Origin: an archaeon
Lineage (GTDB): Archaea; Iainarchaeota; Iainarchaeia; Iainarchaeales; 1-14-0-10-31-34
Assembly: GCA_024277355.1 (NCBI GenBank)
Contig: JAJRVL010000004.1
Location: forward strand, 30,001-62,000
DNA length: 32,000 nucleotides
Reading direction: 5' to 3'
Shown piece after piece: positions 1 to 9,461 of the stretch. The notes beneath the pieces are model-generated. The model searched no databases, was not told the DNA's origin, and was given only the letters and a program-made list of their open reading frames with translations. The position numbers and the translations under genes were made by a program. The stretch's first letter is position 1, and the number at the start of each line of letters is the position of its first letter.

Positions 1-2
1 TA

Positions 3-359
3 ATAGTTTTTATTGTAAAAATTTTAAGTGAAAAATTAAATCAAAATTTTTTATCCAGCAAATTAAATCTGGCAGTTATTATGGGGCAGACTTTAGACGG
101 TGTTGCAACTTTTACTGCATTAACTTTCTTTTCTTCTTATAGTGAACAGCATGTTTTTTCTGATTTGATTATTCAAAATTTTTCTCCTGCTGCATTTATT
201 TTAGTTAAAGTCATTTTGTCAATTCTTGTTTTATGGTATGTTGACAAAGAAGTTGAAGACGAAAAATTAAGAAACTTCATTAAAATTTTTGTAATTATAA
301 TTGGTTTTGCTCCGGGAATAAGAGATGCTTTTAGTTTAGGATTAACTACTCTTCCATAA
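3..359 (+). CDS. DUF63-like archaeal multi-pass membrane protein, C-terminal part (5' end outside window)
   Basis: The frame is open upstream of the listed ATG at 81 to the window edge (IVFIVKILSEKLNQNF...MGQTLDGVATFTAL). Hydrophobic C-terminus. Motif 'MGQTLDGVATF...EQHVFS' recalls DUF63 proteins. Confidence 0.6.
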   Translation: MVFIVKILSEKLNQNFLSSKLNLAVIMGQTLDGVATFTALTFFSSYSEQHVFSDLIIQNFSPAAFILVKVILSILVLWYVDKEVEDEKLRNFIKIFVIIIGFAPGIRDAFSLGLTTLP

Positions 360-437
360 AATAAATCTGAAATTAAAATTGAAAATAAAAATAGAGGAAA
401 GAAACTAATTCTTTCCCTTAAAAAATTACTTTATTAT

Positions 438-554
438 TTATCGTTTTTTCTTTTTTTTGGTTGTTTTCTTTTTAGTAACTTTTTTCTTTTTAGTCACTTT
501 CTTTTTTTTGGTTGTTTTCTTTTTAGTTGTTTTCTTTTTCTTTTTTGCTGCCAT
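438..554 (-). CDS. Very small lysine-rich basic protein (about 38 aa, MAAKKKKKTTKKKT...VTKKKKVTKKKTTKKKKR-type)
   Basis: Manual translation of the minus strand: ATG at 554-552, TAA at 440-438. A strong Shine-Dalgarno GGAGG (ttttataaaaggaggttaaatttATG) lies just upstream. Not in the supplied ORF track because it is short. Confidence 0.6.
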   Translation of the reverse strand: MAAKKKKKTTKKKTTKKKKVTKKKKVTKKKTTKKKKKR

Positions 555-651
555 AAATTTAACCTCCTTTTATAAAAAAATTTATTTAACAAAATAAAGG
601 TTTTATAATATTTAAATGTTTTGTTTTAAATGTAATTTTAGAGGGTAAAAA

Positions 652-1413
652 ATGTTTTTTTTAATTGGAATCGGGCTGAAAAAAAATAATTTAACTTTAG
701 AAGCGCAAAAAAAAATAAAAAAATGCAAAAAAGTTTTTTTAGAATCATATACAAGTATTTATTCAGAAGGAAAAATTTCTGAATTAGAAAAAGAAACCGG
801 AAAAAAAATAATTTTTCTTGAAAGAAAACAAGTTGAAGAAAAAACTGAAATCTTTTCTTCTGCAAAAAAAGAAGATATTGCTTTGCTGGTTTATGGAAAT
901 CCTTTAAGTGCAACAACGCATCTTTCTTTAATTTCAGAATTAAAAGAAAAGAAAATTCCTTTTAAAATCATCCCGGGAATTTCAGTTTTTAATTTTATTT
1001 CTTTTACTGGATTACAGGAATACAAATTTGGAAAAACAGTTTCAGTTGTTTTCCAGAGGGAAAATTATGCTCCTGAATCATTTTTTAGTTCAATTGAAAA
1101 AAACAAGTTAATAGGACTGCACACTTTATGTCTGCTTGACATTGAAGCAAAAGAAAAAAAGTATATGAAAATAAATGAAGCATTAAATATTCTTGAATCA
1201 ATTGAAAGGAAAAAAGAAAAAAGAATTATTTCTGAAAGCGTTTTAATAGGCATTGCAAGAGCAGGTTCAGATAAAATGAAAATAAAAGCAGGAACTTTAA
1301 ATGAATTAAAGAAATTTGATTTTGGAAAACAACCTCATTCGTTAATTGTGTGCGGAAAACTAAGTGAAGATGAAAAAGAGTTTTTAAGAATTTTTTCTGA
1401 CTGGGAAGAATAA
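652..1413 (+). CDS. dph5: Diphthine synthase (diphthamide biosynthesis methyltransferase)
   Basis: MFFLIGIGL...ESYTSIYSEG...LVYGNPLSATTH...PGISVFNFI...GLQEYKFGKTVS matches the archaeal Dph5/DphB family. SD 'gaggg' upstream. Confidence 0.92.
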   Translation: MFFLIGIGLKKNNLTLEAQKKIKKCKKVFLESYTSIYSEGKISELEKETGKKIIFLERKQVEEKTEIFSSAKKEDIALLVYGNPLSATTHLSLISELKEKKIPFKIIPGISVFNFISFTGLQEYKFGKTVSVVFQRENYAPESFFSSIEKNKLIGLHTLCLLDIEAKEKKYMKINEALNILESIERKKEKRIISESVLIGIARAGSDKMKIKAGTLNELKKFDFGKQPHSLIVCGKLSEDEKEFLRIFSDWEE

Positions 1414-1472
1414 AAATAGAAGCATAGTAATCAATGAATAAAAAAATTAATGGTATTTTGGAGTGAAAAATA

Positions 1473-1784
1473 ATGACTAAACAAAAAGAATTTAATTTAG
1501 AAAAAAAATTATATGAAAAAGTTGAAAAATATTTTTTGTTGACTGAAAAAGCATTAAATAAAATTGAATTAAAGGAAAATTTAACTGAAAAAGAAAAAAG
1601 CACTGCAGAAGACTTTTTAAGCATGGCAAACAATTATTTTTCTGATGCAAAACATTTTTCTGAAAAAAATGATTTGTTGAATGCTTTAGCTTCTTTGTCT
1701 TATGCTCATGCATGGCTCGATGCAGGAATTCGTTCAGGAATTTTTGATGGAAAAGAAGACGATAAGCTTTTTACTTTAAAGTAA
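1473..1784 (+). CDS. DUF357 family protein
   Basis: AEDFLSMANNYFSDAKHFSEKNDLLNALASLSYAHAWLDAGIRSGIF pattern; preceded by GGAGTGA SD. Confidence 0.7.
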   Translation: MTKQKEFNLEKKLYEKVEKYFLLTEKALNKIELKENLTEKEKSTAEDFLSMANNYFSDAKHFSEKNDLLNALASLSYAHAWLDAGIRSGIFDGKEDDKLFTLK

Positions 1785-1822
1785 GTTTTTTATATTTCAA
1801 AAGCTTTATTTTAGTGGTTTAA

Positions 1823-2296
1823 ATGAGTATTTATGATGAAACAAAATCAATGTCAATGCCGAAATTTTCTTTTCGTTTTGAAAAATTAAAGTTGCCAATT
1901 ATTGGAGTAATTTTAATTTTAGTTATTGCTTTTTTGATTGTTTCTGGTTCCTCTTTATTTGAACCTGATCCCTTGCTTATTTCATTTGAAAATAATGCTT
2001 TTGATTTAAGCGAAAAAAAATCTTTAGTTATGACTGTAGTAATATTTAATGTTTTGCAAGAAGATGCAGTTGATTCAGTTTTAACTATTAGTCCTGTTGA
2101 TAAAGATTCAGTTTCAATTTTTCCTTCTGAAGTTACTGTTCCTGTTTTAGGCAAAGGAGAATCAAGAAAATTTGATTTTAATTTACGGCCTGTATTTGAG
2201 GAAATTCCTTCAGGTAATTATGAAATAGAAATAAAACTTGTTTCAAATGAAAACACTTTTTCTAAGCGAACTTCAATTTACATTAAAAACAACTAA
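1823..2296 (+). CDS. Membrane-anchored protein with a predicted extracellular beta-domain
   Basis: Single TM near the N-terminus (LPIIGVILILVIAFLIVSGSSLF) followed by a beta-rich region resembling CARDB/NEW3-like domains. Confidence 0.5.
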   Translation: MSIYDETKSMSMPKFSFRFEKLKLPIIGVILILVIAFLIVSGSSLFEPDPLLISFENNAFDLSEKKSLVMTVVIFNVLQEDAVDSVLTISPVDKDSVSIFPSEVTVPVLGKGESRKFDFNLRPVFEEIPSGNYEIEIKLVSNENTFSKRTSIYIKNN

Positions 2297-2327
2297 TCAA
2301 AAAAAATTATTATAATACTATTTTTAA

Positions 2328-2969
2328 TTAAAACTTTTTTAAAAAATTTATTCCATAACTGCATTCTTTGTTTAACAAGCAAATTTCGCATTTTGGGTTT
2401 CTGGGAAAACATTTTCTTTGTCCAAACTTAACCATTAAATCATTTAATTCAATCCATTTGTTTTCAGGAAAAACTTTCATTAACTTTAATTCAGTTTCTT
2501 CAGGAAGTTTTGTTTTAACTAATCCAATTCTATTTGAAATCCTGTGAACATGAACATCAACTGGGATTGCCGGTTTTTTAAATGAATAAACTAAAACACA
2601 ATTAGCAGTTTTTCTTCCAACGCCTTTTAATGAAACTAATTCATCTAAGGAATCCGGAACTTTTCCTTTAAATCTTTCAATTAATTCAACTGAAATATTT
2701 TTAATTGTTTTAGCTTTAACTCTGTAAAATCCAGAAGCTTTAATTAATTTTTCAATTTCTTTCACAGGAGCTTTAGCTAATTTTGTTGCTGAATTAAATT
2801 TCTTAAATAATTGTTCTGAAGCTTTAGCAGTATTTTCATCTCTTGTCCTTTGACTTAAAACAGTTGAAATCAAAACTTTAAAAGGAGAATTAAAACCAAT
2901 AATTGGTTTGTGTTCTCCGATTTCCTTTTTCAGCAATTTAAGAATTAAATTAATGTTTTTTTTATTCAT
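2328..2969 (-). CDS. nth: Endonuclease III (DNA glycosylase/AP lyase)
   Basis: LKGVGRKTANCVL (HhH with catalytic Lys), PVDVHVHRISNR (catalytic Asp), Fe-S motif C-x6-C-x2-C-x5-C in KCFPRNPKCEICLLNKECSYG. Confidence 0.93.
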   Translation of the reverse strand: MNKKNINLILKLLKKEIGEHKPIIGFNSPFKVLISTVLSQRTRDENTAKASEQLFKKFNSATKLAKAPVKEIEKLIKASGFYRVKAKTIKNISVELIERFKGKVPDSLDELVSLKGVGRKTANCVLVYSFKKPAIPVDVHVHRISNRIGLVKTKLPEETELKLMKVFPENKWIELNDLMVKFGQRKCFPRNPKCEICLLNKECSYGINFLKKF

Positions 2970-3005
2970 TTAAATCAAAAATTAATTTTTTTTATTTCTT
3001 TTTTT

Positions 3006-3758
3006 TTAAAGCAGATGTTCTCTAATATAAGTAACCCCGTTTCTGAAAATAGATATTCCTTCGCCTTCAAATGGAAGTTCTGTTCTTGTACTTCTTGGAT
3101 CAGAAATAGAATAAATATTTTTTTCTGGATGAGGCATTAAACCAAAAATTCTTCCTGTTTTATCACATAAACCTGCAATTGAATCAGTTGAACCATTAGG
3201 GTTTTTTTCATATTTAAAAACAACTAAATCTTTTTCATATAATTTTTTTAATGTTTCTTCATTCATTACAAGTTTTCCTTCACCGTTATTTATTGGACAA
3301 TAAACTGAATTAATTTCTTTTGTCCAGACACAATGTTTTCCGCCGGAATTTTTTAAGGTAATCCATTCATCCTGAAAATGACCTGAATCATTTGAAATTA
3401 AACTGATTTCCTGCTGAAATAAGTTTCCATTTGCATTAATCAAACCAGATTTAATTAAAGCCTGAAAACCATTGCATATTCCTAAAATTAATTTTTTTGC
3501 TTCAATAAATTCTTTTATTTCTTCTTCTAAATTATATTTTATTTTATTTGCAAGAATTCTGGCAGAACTAATATAATCTCCGTCAGCAAATCCTCCCGGA
3601 ATAACTAAAGCATGAAAATCATTTAACAAAACTTCTTTTCTTATTAAAGAATTAATATGAACTGCTTTTGCTTCCGCACCTAAATAATTAAATACATTTA
3701 CTGTTTCATTATCGCAGTTTATTCCTGCTGTCCTTAAAACTAAAATTTTTGGATTCAT
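3006..3758 (-). CDS. purQ: Phosphoribosylformylglycinamidine synthase subunit PurQ
   Basis: ILVLRTAGINCDNET, PGGFADGDY, GICNGFQAL, GLMPHPEK glutamine amidotransferase motifs. Confidence 0.95.
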   Translation of the reverse strand: MNPKILVLRTAGINCDNETVNVFNYLGAEAKAVHINSLIRKEVLLNDFHALVIPGGFADGDYISSARILANKIKYNLEEEIKEFIEAKKLILGICNGFQALIKSGLINANGNLFQQEISLISNDSGHFQDEWITLKNSGGKHCVWTKEINSVYCPINNGEGKLVMNEETLKKLYEKDLVVFKYEKNPNGSTDSIAGLCDKTGRIFGLMPHPEKNIYSISDPRSTRTELPFEGEGISIFRNGVTYIREHLL

Positions 3759-3759
3759 T

Positions 3760-6174
3760 TCACCACTTCAATGTTTTTTTCCATGCTTTTTTTAATTCAC
3801 TTAAATCAGAATTAATTATTTTTTCTTCATTTAATCCAGTTACTTCCATGTTTTCGTTTCCTGAAACAAAACCTATTTCAGAAAAAATGCTTCCCTGCAT
3901 TATTGATTCAAATTTATCTTTAAATTTAAACGGCACTTCAACTAAAATTCTTGAATTTGATTCAGAAAACAATAAAACCGAATTTGATTTTTCTTTTTCA
4001 TTTCCTTCAAAAAATATTTTTCTTAAATCAATTTTTATTCCAAGCATTCCTCCAAAAGCCATTTCAGCTACTGCTACAGCTAAACCCCCTTCGCTGCAAT
4101 CATGCATTGAACGAATAATTCTTTCTGAATTCTTTTCTCCAATTAAAGTTAATTCACTTAATTTTTCATAAGCTTTTCTTGCTTCAATTGCATTAACTTC
4201 AGGCGCATTTTTTCCTGTTTTATTCTGTAATTTTAAAAAATGACTTCCGCCTAACTCGTTTTTTGTTGCACCTACAAGATAAATCAAATTATTTTTTTCT
4301 TTTAAATCCATTGAAATTCTTTTTAAAGCATTAGGCATTACTCCTACAGCTGAAATTAATAAAGTTGAAGGAATAGAAATTGTTTTGTCATTTAATTTAA
4401 ATTCATTGTAAAAAGAATCCTTACCTGAAATAAAAGGAGTCTTAAAAATTAAAGCAGTTTCCCTGCAGGCAATACTGCTTCTCACTAAATCAGCTAATTT
4501 TTTTTCTGAAGGGGAACCCCAGCAAAAATTATCTAATAATGCAATATGATTTATTTGTCCTCCGACACAAATTAAATTTCTTATAGCTTCATCTATTGCT
4601 GATTCAGCCATAGCATAACAATCAATATCTCCATACAAAGGATTAATTCCATTTGAAACACAAACGCCTTCATTTGATTCAAATAAAGGTTTAATTACTG
4701 AAGCATCGCTAGGACTATCATTTTCTTTTCCCATTAAAGGCTTAATAACTGAAGTTCCCTGAACTTCATGATCATACATTCTGATTGTAGTTTCTTTTGA
4801 AGCAATATTAGGCATTGCAAGAAGTTTTAATAAAACTTCATCAAATACTTCTGGTTCATTAAATTCTTCAGTTAATTCTTTTTCTTTCCAAACTGCATTT
4901 TTTTCAATTCTCGGAAAACCATTATGTAGAAACTCCATTTCTATGTCAATTATTTTTTCTTCTTCAAAAAACACTTCTAGTTTTTTTGTGTCAGTAAATT
5001 CTCCTAACACAACTGCTTCAACATCTTCTTTTTCACTTAACTCTAAAAATTCTTTTACGTTTTCTTCTGGAACACTTAAAATCATTCTTTCTTGCGCTTC
5101 ACTAATCCAGATTTCCCACGGTTTTAATCCTTTATATTTTAATGGTGCTTTTTCTAACTGAACAATACAGCCTAATTCTTCTGCCATTTCTCCTATAGCA
5201 GAACTAAATCCTCCTGCACCGCAGTCAGTAATACAATTATATAATCCTTTATCTCTTGCCTGTAATAAAACATCAGTCATCTTTTTTTCTTCTATTGGAT
5301 TTCCTATCTGAACAACAGTTGAAGCAGTTTCTTCATTTAATTCAGTTGAAGAAAAAGTTGCTCCATGAATTCCATCTCTTCCGGTTTTTCCGCCAATTGC
5401 AACAATTTTGTTTCCTTTTAATGCTTTTTTTTCATGCATGCCTTTAGGAATTAAACCTATTGTCCCGCAGTAAACTAAAGGATTTCCTAAATACCTGTCA
5501 TCAAATAATATTGCACCATTAATTGTTGGAATTCCCATTCTGTTTCCATAATCTCTTACTCCTGCTCTTACTCCTTTAAAAATTCTTTTTGGATGCAGTA
5601 AGTTTTCAGGCATTTCTTCTTTTTTTAAATCAAAATTTCCAAAACAAAATACATCAGTATTAGCTATAGGTTTTGCTCCTAAACCTACTCCTAAAATATC
5701 TCTAATAACTCCTCCAATTCCTGTGTTTGCGCCTCCATAAGGATCTAAAGCTGAAGGATGATTATGAGTTTCAACTTTAAATGCAATATCAAATTCTTCA
5801 TTTAATGAAATTATTCCTGCGTTATCTGAAAAAACTGAAATTAACCAGTTATTGTCTTTCATTAATTTTGTTGTTGTATTTTTGATTGTTTCCTTAAACA
5901 AGTTTTCAAATCTTTTTTCTTTTATTTCTCCATTTAATAAAATTTCTTTGTAATTTATTGCTGAATTAAATATTTTATGTTTGCAGTGTTCGCTCCATGT
6001 TTGAGCTAAAGTTTCTAATTCTGCCTGAGAAGGATTTCTATTTTTGTCTTTAAAATATTCCTGTATTTCTTTCATTTCTTTTTCATTCAAAGACAAAAGC
6101 ATTTTTGAACTAAGTTCTGCTAATTCTTTTTCGTTTAATTCTATTAATTCAATTTCTTGTTTCATAAAAGTCAT
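3760..6174 (-). CDS. purL: Phosphoribosylformylglycinamidine synthase subunit PurL
   Basis: TWSEHCKHKIF, KVETHNHPSALDPYGGANTGIGGVIRD, DCGAGGFSSAIGEMAEE, SMHDCSEGGLAVAVAEM. The downstream purQ SD (GGTGA) overlaps its stop codon. Confidence 0.96.
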   Translation of the reverse strand: MTFMKQEIELIELNEKELAELSSKMLLSLNEKEMKEIQEYFKDKNRNPSQAELETLAQTWSEHCKHKIFNSAINYKEILLNGEIKEKRFENLFKETIKNTTTKLMKDNNWLISVFSDNAGIISLNEEFDIAFKVETHNHPSALDPYGGANTGIGGVIRDILGVGLGAKPIANTDVFCFGNFDLKKEEMPENLLHPKRIFKGVRAGVRDYGNRMGIPTINGAILFDDRYLGNPLVYCGTIGLIPKGMHEKKALKGNKIVAIGGKTGRDGIHGATFSSTELNEETASTVVQIGNPIEEKKMTDVLLQARDKGLYNCITDCGAGGFSSAIGEMAEELGCIVQLEKAPLKYKGLKPWEIWISEAQERMILSVPEENVKEFLELSEKEDVEAVVLGEFTDTKKLEVFFEEEKIIDIEMEFLHNGFPRIEKNAVWKEKELTEEFNEPEVFDEVLLKLLAMPNIASKETTIRMYDHEVQGTSVIKPLMGKENDSPSDASVIKPLFESNEGVCVSNGINPLYGDIDCYAMAESAIDEAIRNLICVGGQINHIALLDNFCWGSPSEKKLADLVRSSIACRETALIFKTPFISGKDSFYNEFKLNDKTISIPSTLLISAVGVMPNALKRISMDLKEKNNLIYLVGATKNELGGSHFLKLQNKTGKNAPEVNAIEARKAYEKLSELTLIGEKNSERIIRSMHDCSEGGLAVAVAEMAFGGMLGIKIDLRKIFFEGNEKEKSNSVLLFSESNSRILVEVPFKFKDKFESIMQGSIFSEIGFVSGNENMEVTGLNEEKIINSDLSELKKAWKKTLKW

Positions 6175-6647
6175 TCCAGTTTCTTAAATTCAAATGATTC
6201 AATTACTTCATTTGCAAGCAATTCTTTTGCAATTCTTTTGATTTGTTTTTCATTTAAATTTCCTGATAAAAAATATTTTTTTGATGTTCTGATATTTTCA
6301 TTTAATTCTTTTCTGAATTCTATTTTAAGTAAATCTTTTACTCCAATTATTGAAGCATTTCCTGTATTATCTGTTACGTTTAAATGTAATTTTACTTCAA
6401 TTAACCAGTCTGCTTTAATCTCTAATTTTTCTGAATTAATTGAATAATTTTGAACTATTGGGTCTGCAAATAACTTGACTGCAATTTTCTGGAGTTGTTC
6501 TTGCATTAAATCAGCATTAATATAATAGCAATTCACAATTTTGACTGAATCAACTTCTATTCCTAAATCAGAAACAATATCATTTTTCACTGAAAAAGAT
6601 TCAGAATCATTTTCTGTTTTAGAAAAAAAAACTTCAATTTTATGCAT
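6171..6647 (-). CDS. purS: PurS-like protein with two tandem PurS domains
   Basis: The 158 aa contain two homologous halves. Each follows the PurS pattern IEV-x(n)-VKxxL...-KYFxxx-LNEKQIKRIAKELLANEVIESFEF. It overlaps the purL start by 4 nt (ATGA). Confidence 0.8.
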   Translation of the reverse strand: MHKIEVFFSKTENDSESFSVKNDIVSDLGIEVDSVKIVNCYYINADLMQEQLQKIAVKLFADPIVQNYSINSEKLEIKADWLIEVKLHLNVTDNTGNASIIGVKDLLKIEFRKELNENIRTSKKYFLSGNLNEKQIKRIAKELLANEVIESFEFKKLE

Positions 6648-6682
6648 TTTTATCAGTAAAAAAATTAAAGCATGAAATATAT

Positions 6683-7342
6683 TTAAAGAGAATTCACTTT
6701 ATTTACAATTAATTCATTTATTTCTTCTTTTGATTTAAGTTTTTCTCTTAAAACACAGTCTAATTTAACCCATTTTTCTTCTTTTTCACATAATTCAAGA
6801 AAAATATCCCTTACTTTCTTTTGATAACTTAAATCTTTTTCATGAATATCCTTTTTTTCGTTCATATAATCTTTTTGTTTTCTTGAATCCATTAATTTCT
6901 GAGAAAACTCCATTGGAACATCAAGAAAAAAAACTAAATCAGGAGCAGGCATTTTTGATTCAATTTTTTTCAGCCAATCCAAAAACATTTTTTTTTCATT
7001 TTTTTCAGTAAACTTTGCTGTCTGAAAACCAAAATTTGAAGTATAATATCTGTCCATAATTAAAGTAAACCCATTTTTTAATTTTTCTTCAATTTCTTTT
7101 TTTATTTCATATCTATCCAGAGAATAAAGCAGTGAAACAAATTCTTCAGGAATTTCTTCTTTTAAGCCAAACTCTCCTTTTAAGTATTTTGCAATAAGTT
7201 TTCCAAAAAAAGAGTTATATCTTGGAAAAGAATAAAGTTTAGTTTTAATGTTTTTTTCTTTTAATTTTTCTTCCAGTAATGCTGCTTGAGTGGCTTTACC
7301 GCTTGAATCTAATCCTTCAAAAACAATTATTTTTCCTTTCAT
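6683..7342 (-). CDS. tmk: Thymidylate kinase (dTMP kinase)
   Basis: P-loop IVFEGLDSSGKATQAALLEEKL, YSFPRY, DRYYTSNFGFQ, FLDVPMEFS. Confidence 0.9.
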   Translation of the reverse strand: MKGKIIVFEGLDSSGKATQAALLEEKLKEKNIKTKLYSFPRYNSFFGKLIAKYLKGEFGLKEEIPEEFVSLLYSLDRYEIKKEIEEKLKNGFTLIMDRYYTSNFGFQTAKFTEKNEKKMFLDWLKKIESKMPAPDLVFFLDVPMEFSQKLMDSRKQKDYMNEKKDIHEKDLSYQKKVRDIFLELCEKEEKWVKLDCVLREKLKSKEEINELIVNKVNSL

Positions 7343-7395
7343 ACTTTTTTTGTATTCAAATGATTTTTTAACCTTTTTTAACGTAAATTAAACAG

Positions 7396-8700
7396 ATGCC
7401 TAAAAGCAAAACAAAAGAAAGAGAATACCTGAATTTTTTGTTTTCTTCTCATAAAATGGGAACAGTTTTAGGACTAAAAAGAATTCAGTTTTTATTAAAC
7501 AAATTAGGAAACCCTCAAAATTCATTTAAAAGCATTCATATTGCAGGAACAAACGGCAAAGGTTCAACTGCAGCAGTCTTAACTCAAATTTTAATGGAAT
7601 ACGGTTTTAAAACAGGCTTATATACTTCTCCGCATATTAAAAGATTCAGTGAAAGAATCCAGATTAATTCAATTGAAATATCAGATAAAGATTTAATAAC
7701 TGAAATAAAAACAATAAAAAAAATAATTGACAAAGAAAAAGCAATTAACCCTTTATTTGAAATGCCTACTTTTTTTGAATTAGGAGTAGCAATAACTTAT
7801 AATTACTTTAAACGAAAAAAAGTTGATTTTGCAGTAATTGAAACAGGTTTAGGCGGAAGATTAGACGCAACAAATATTTTAAGTCCGGAAATTTCAATTA
7901 TAACAAATATTTCAATTGAACACACAGAATACTTAGGAAAAACAATACCAAAAATTGCATTTGAAAAAGCAGGAATAATTAAATCAAATTCAATTGCAAT
8001 AACATCAGAAAAAAACCCTAAAGCATTAAAAGTAATTAAAACAAAAGCAAAAAAAGAAAAAGTTTTATTACTTGAAACAAAAAAATCATGCAAAACCAAA
8101 AATTATTCTTTTTCTTTAGACAAACAAAAATTTGACTTAGAAATAGAAAAAACAAAAATAAATGGAATTGAATCAAACTTAAAAGGAGAATTCCAGTTAG
8201 ACAATATTTCAACGGCAATTCTTGCATTTAAAAAACTAAATTTAGGGTTTAATAAAATAAAAATAAAAAATGCAGTAAAAAAAGCTTTTATTCCCGGAAG
8301 ATTTCAGGTCTGCTGTAAAAAACCATTAATTATTTTTGATGCAGGTCATAATCCTGCAGGATTCAAAGAAATAAAAAAAACAATTCTTTTAATGAAACAA
8401 AAAAAATTATTTGAAAAATTTAATTTATTAATTGGAGTATCTTCAGACAAAGACATAAAAGAAATAAGCAGAATAATTTTTCCTTCAGCAGATAAAATAA
8501 TTATTTCAAGTGCAAAATACAGAGGAATGCCTATAGAAAAGCTGGCAGAATATGCAGACAAACACAAAAAACCTTTTATTGGCTTTCATGAAACACAAGA
8601 AGCATTTGAATTTGCATTAAGCGAAACAGGAAAAAAAGATTTATTATTAGTTATTGGTTCAGTTTTCTTTTTAGGAGAACTAAAAGTTAATTTATTTTAG
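7396..8700 (+). CDS. folC: Folylpolyglutamate synthase / dihydrofolate synthase (Mur ligase family)
   Basis: SIHIAGTNGKGSTAAVLTQIL, GLYTSPHIKRFSERIQIN, ETGLGGRLDATNI, ITNISIEHTEYLGKT, FDAGHNPAG. Confidence 0.93.
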   Translation: MPKSKTKEREYLNFLFSSHKMGTVLGLKRIQFLLNKLGNPQNSFKSIHIAGTNGKGSTAAVLTQILMEYGFKTGLYTSPHIKRFSERIQINSIEISDKDLITEIKTIKKIIDKEKAINPLFEMPTFFELGVAITYNYFKRKKVDFAVIETGLGGRLDATNILSPEISIITNISIEHTEYLGKTIPKIAFEKAGIIKSNSIAITSEKNPKALKVIKTKAKKEKVLLLETKKSCKTKNYSFSLDKQKFDLEIEKTKINGIESNLKGEFQLDNISTAILAFKKLNLGFNKIKIKNAVKKAFIPGRFQVCCKKPLIIFDAGHNPAGFKEIKKTILLMKQKKLFEKFNLLIGVSSDKDIKEISRIIFPSADKIIISSAKYRGMPIEKLAEYADKHKKPFIGFHETQEAFEFALSETGKKDLLLVIGSVFFLGELKVNLF

Positions 8701-8736
8701 ATTTATTTAAAGATTTATTTAATTCTGCTTATTTTT

Positions 8737-9369
8737 TTATTCAAATAATTTTCTTCCAATTCTAATCATATTGCTTCCGTTTTTAACAGCAAAAACAAAA
8801 TCATTTGACATTCCCATTGAAAGAAATTCTAAGTAATGTTTTTTCTTTAATTCAACAAAAACTTGTTTTGCTTCAATAAAAAAATCAATGCTTTTTTCAG
8901 GTTCATCAAAAAAAGGAGCCATAAACATTAAACCATTTAATTTAATTAAATTCATTTTACTTACTTCTTCTGCCAACCCAAAAATTTCTTTTTTTGTTAT
9001 TCCTGATTTTTGTTTTTCTCCTAAATTTAATTCAAAAAAAACAGGCATAGTTTTTTCCTGTTCAATACATGCATTATCAATTTTTTTAATTAACTTTAAT
9101 GAATCAACTGACTGAATACAATTAAATAATTCAACTGCTTTTTTTGCTTTATTTGACTGCAAAAACCCAATAAAATGTTTTTCAACTTTAAAATCAAATT
9201 CATTAAACTTTTGTTCAGCTTCCTGAATTCTGTTTTCTCCTATAACTTTAATTCCTGCTTTAACTGCCTGTTTTATTGATTCTGCATTTTGTTTTTTTGT
9301 TGCAGCTAAAACAACAACATTTTCAGGAATTTCAGTTAAAATTTTATTTAAATTTTCTTTTATTGTCAT
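8737..9369 (-). CDS. YggS/PROSC family pyridoxal-phosphate homeostasis protein
   Basis: LAATKKQNAESIKQAVKAGIKVIGENRIQEAEQKF, KHFIGFLQSNKAKKAVELFNCIQSVDS, MGMSNDFVFAVKNGSNMIRIGRKLF. Confidence 0.9.
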   Translation of the reverse strand: MTIKENLNKILTEIPENVVVLAATKKQNAESIKQAVKAGIKVIGENRIQEAEQKFNEFDFKVEKHFIGFLQSNKAKKAVELFNCIQSVDSLKLIKKIDNACIEQEKTMPVFFELNLGEKQKSGITKKEIFGLAEEVSKMNLIKLNGLMFMAPFFDEPEKSIDFFIEAKQVFVELKKKHYLEFLSMGMSNDFVFAVKNGSNMIRIGRKLFE

Positions 9370-9461
9370 TTAATCCAGTTAAATTCTGATTAAACTAAAT
9401 TAAAAAAGCTTACTATGCTTATAATTTATTAGTATTAATAAATCATTTACGGGGTGTATAA

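Noticed and set aside
638-916. Minus-strand 92-aa ORF antisense to dph5
   Set aside because: Phe/Leu-rich translation of the reverse complement of an A-rich gene; overlaps a confident gene.
1226-1713. Minus-strand ORFs opposite the dph5 end and DUF357 gene
   Set aside because: Antisense artefacts with biased composition and no recognisable motifs.
4943-5447. Plus-strand ORFs inside purL
   Set aside because: Opposite strand of a highly conserved gene; Ser/Phe/Leu-rich shadow ORFs.
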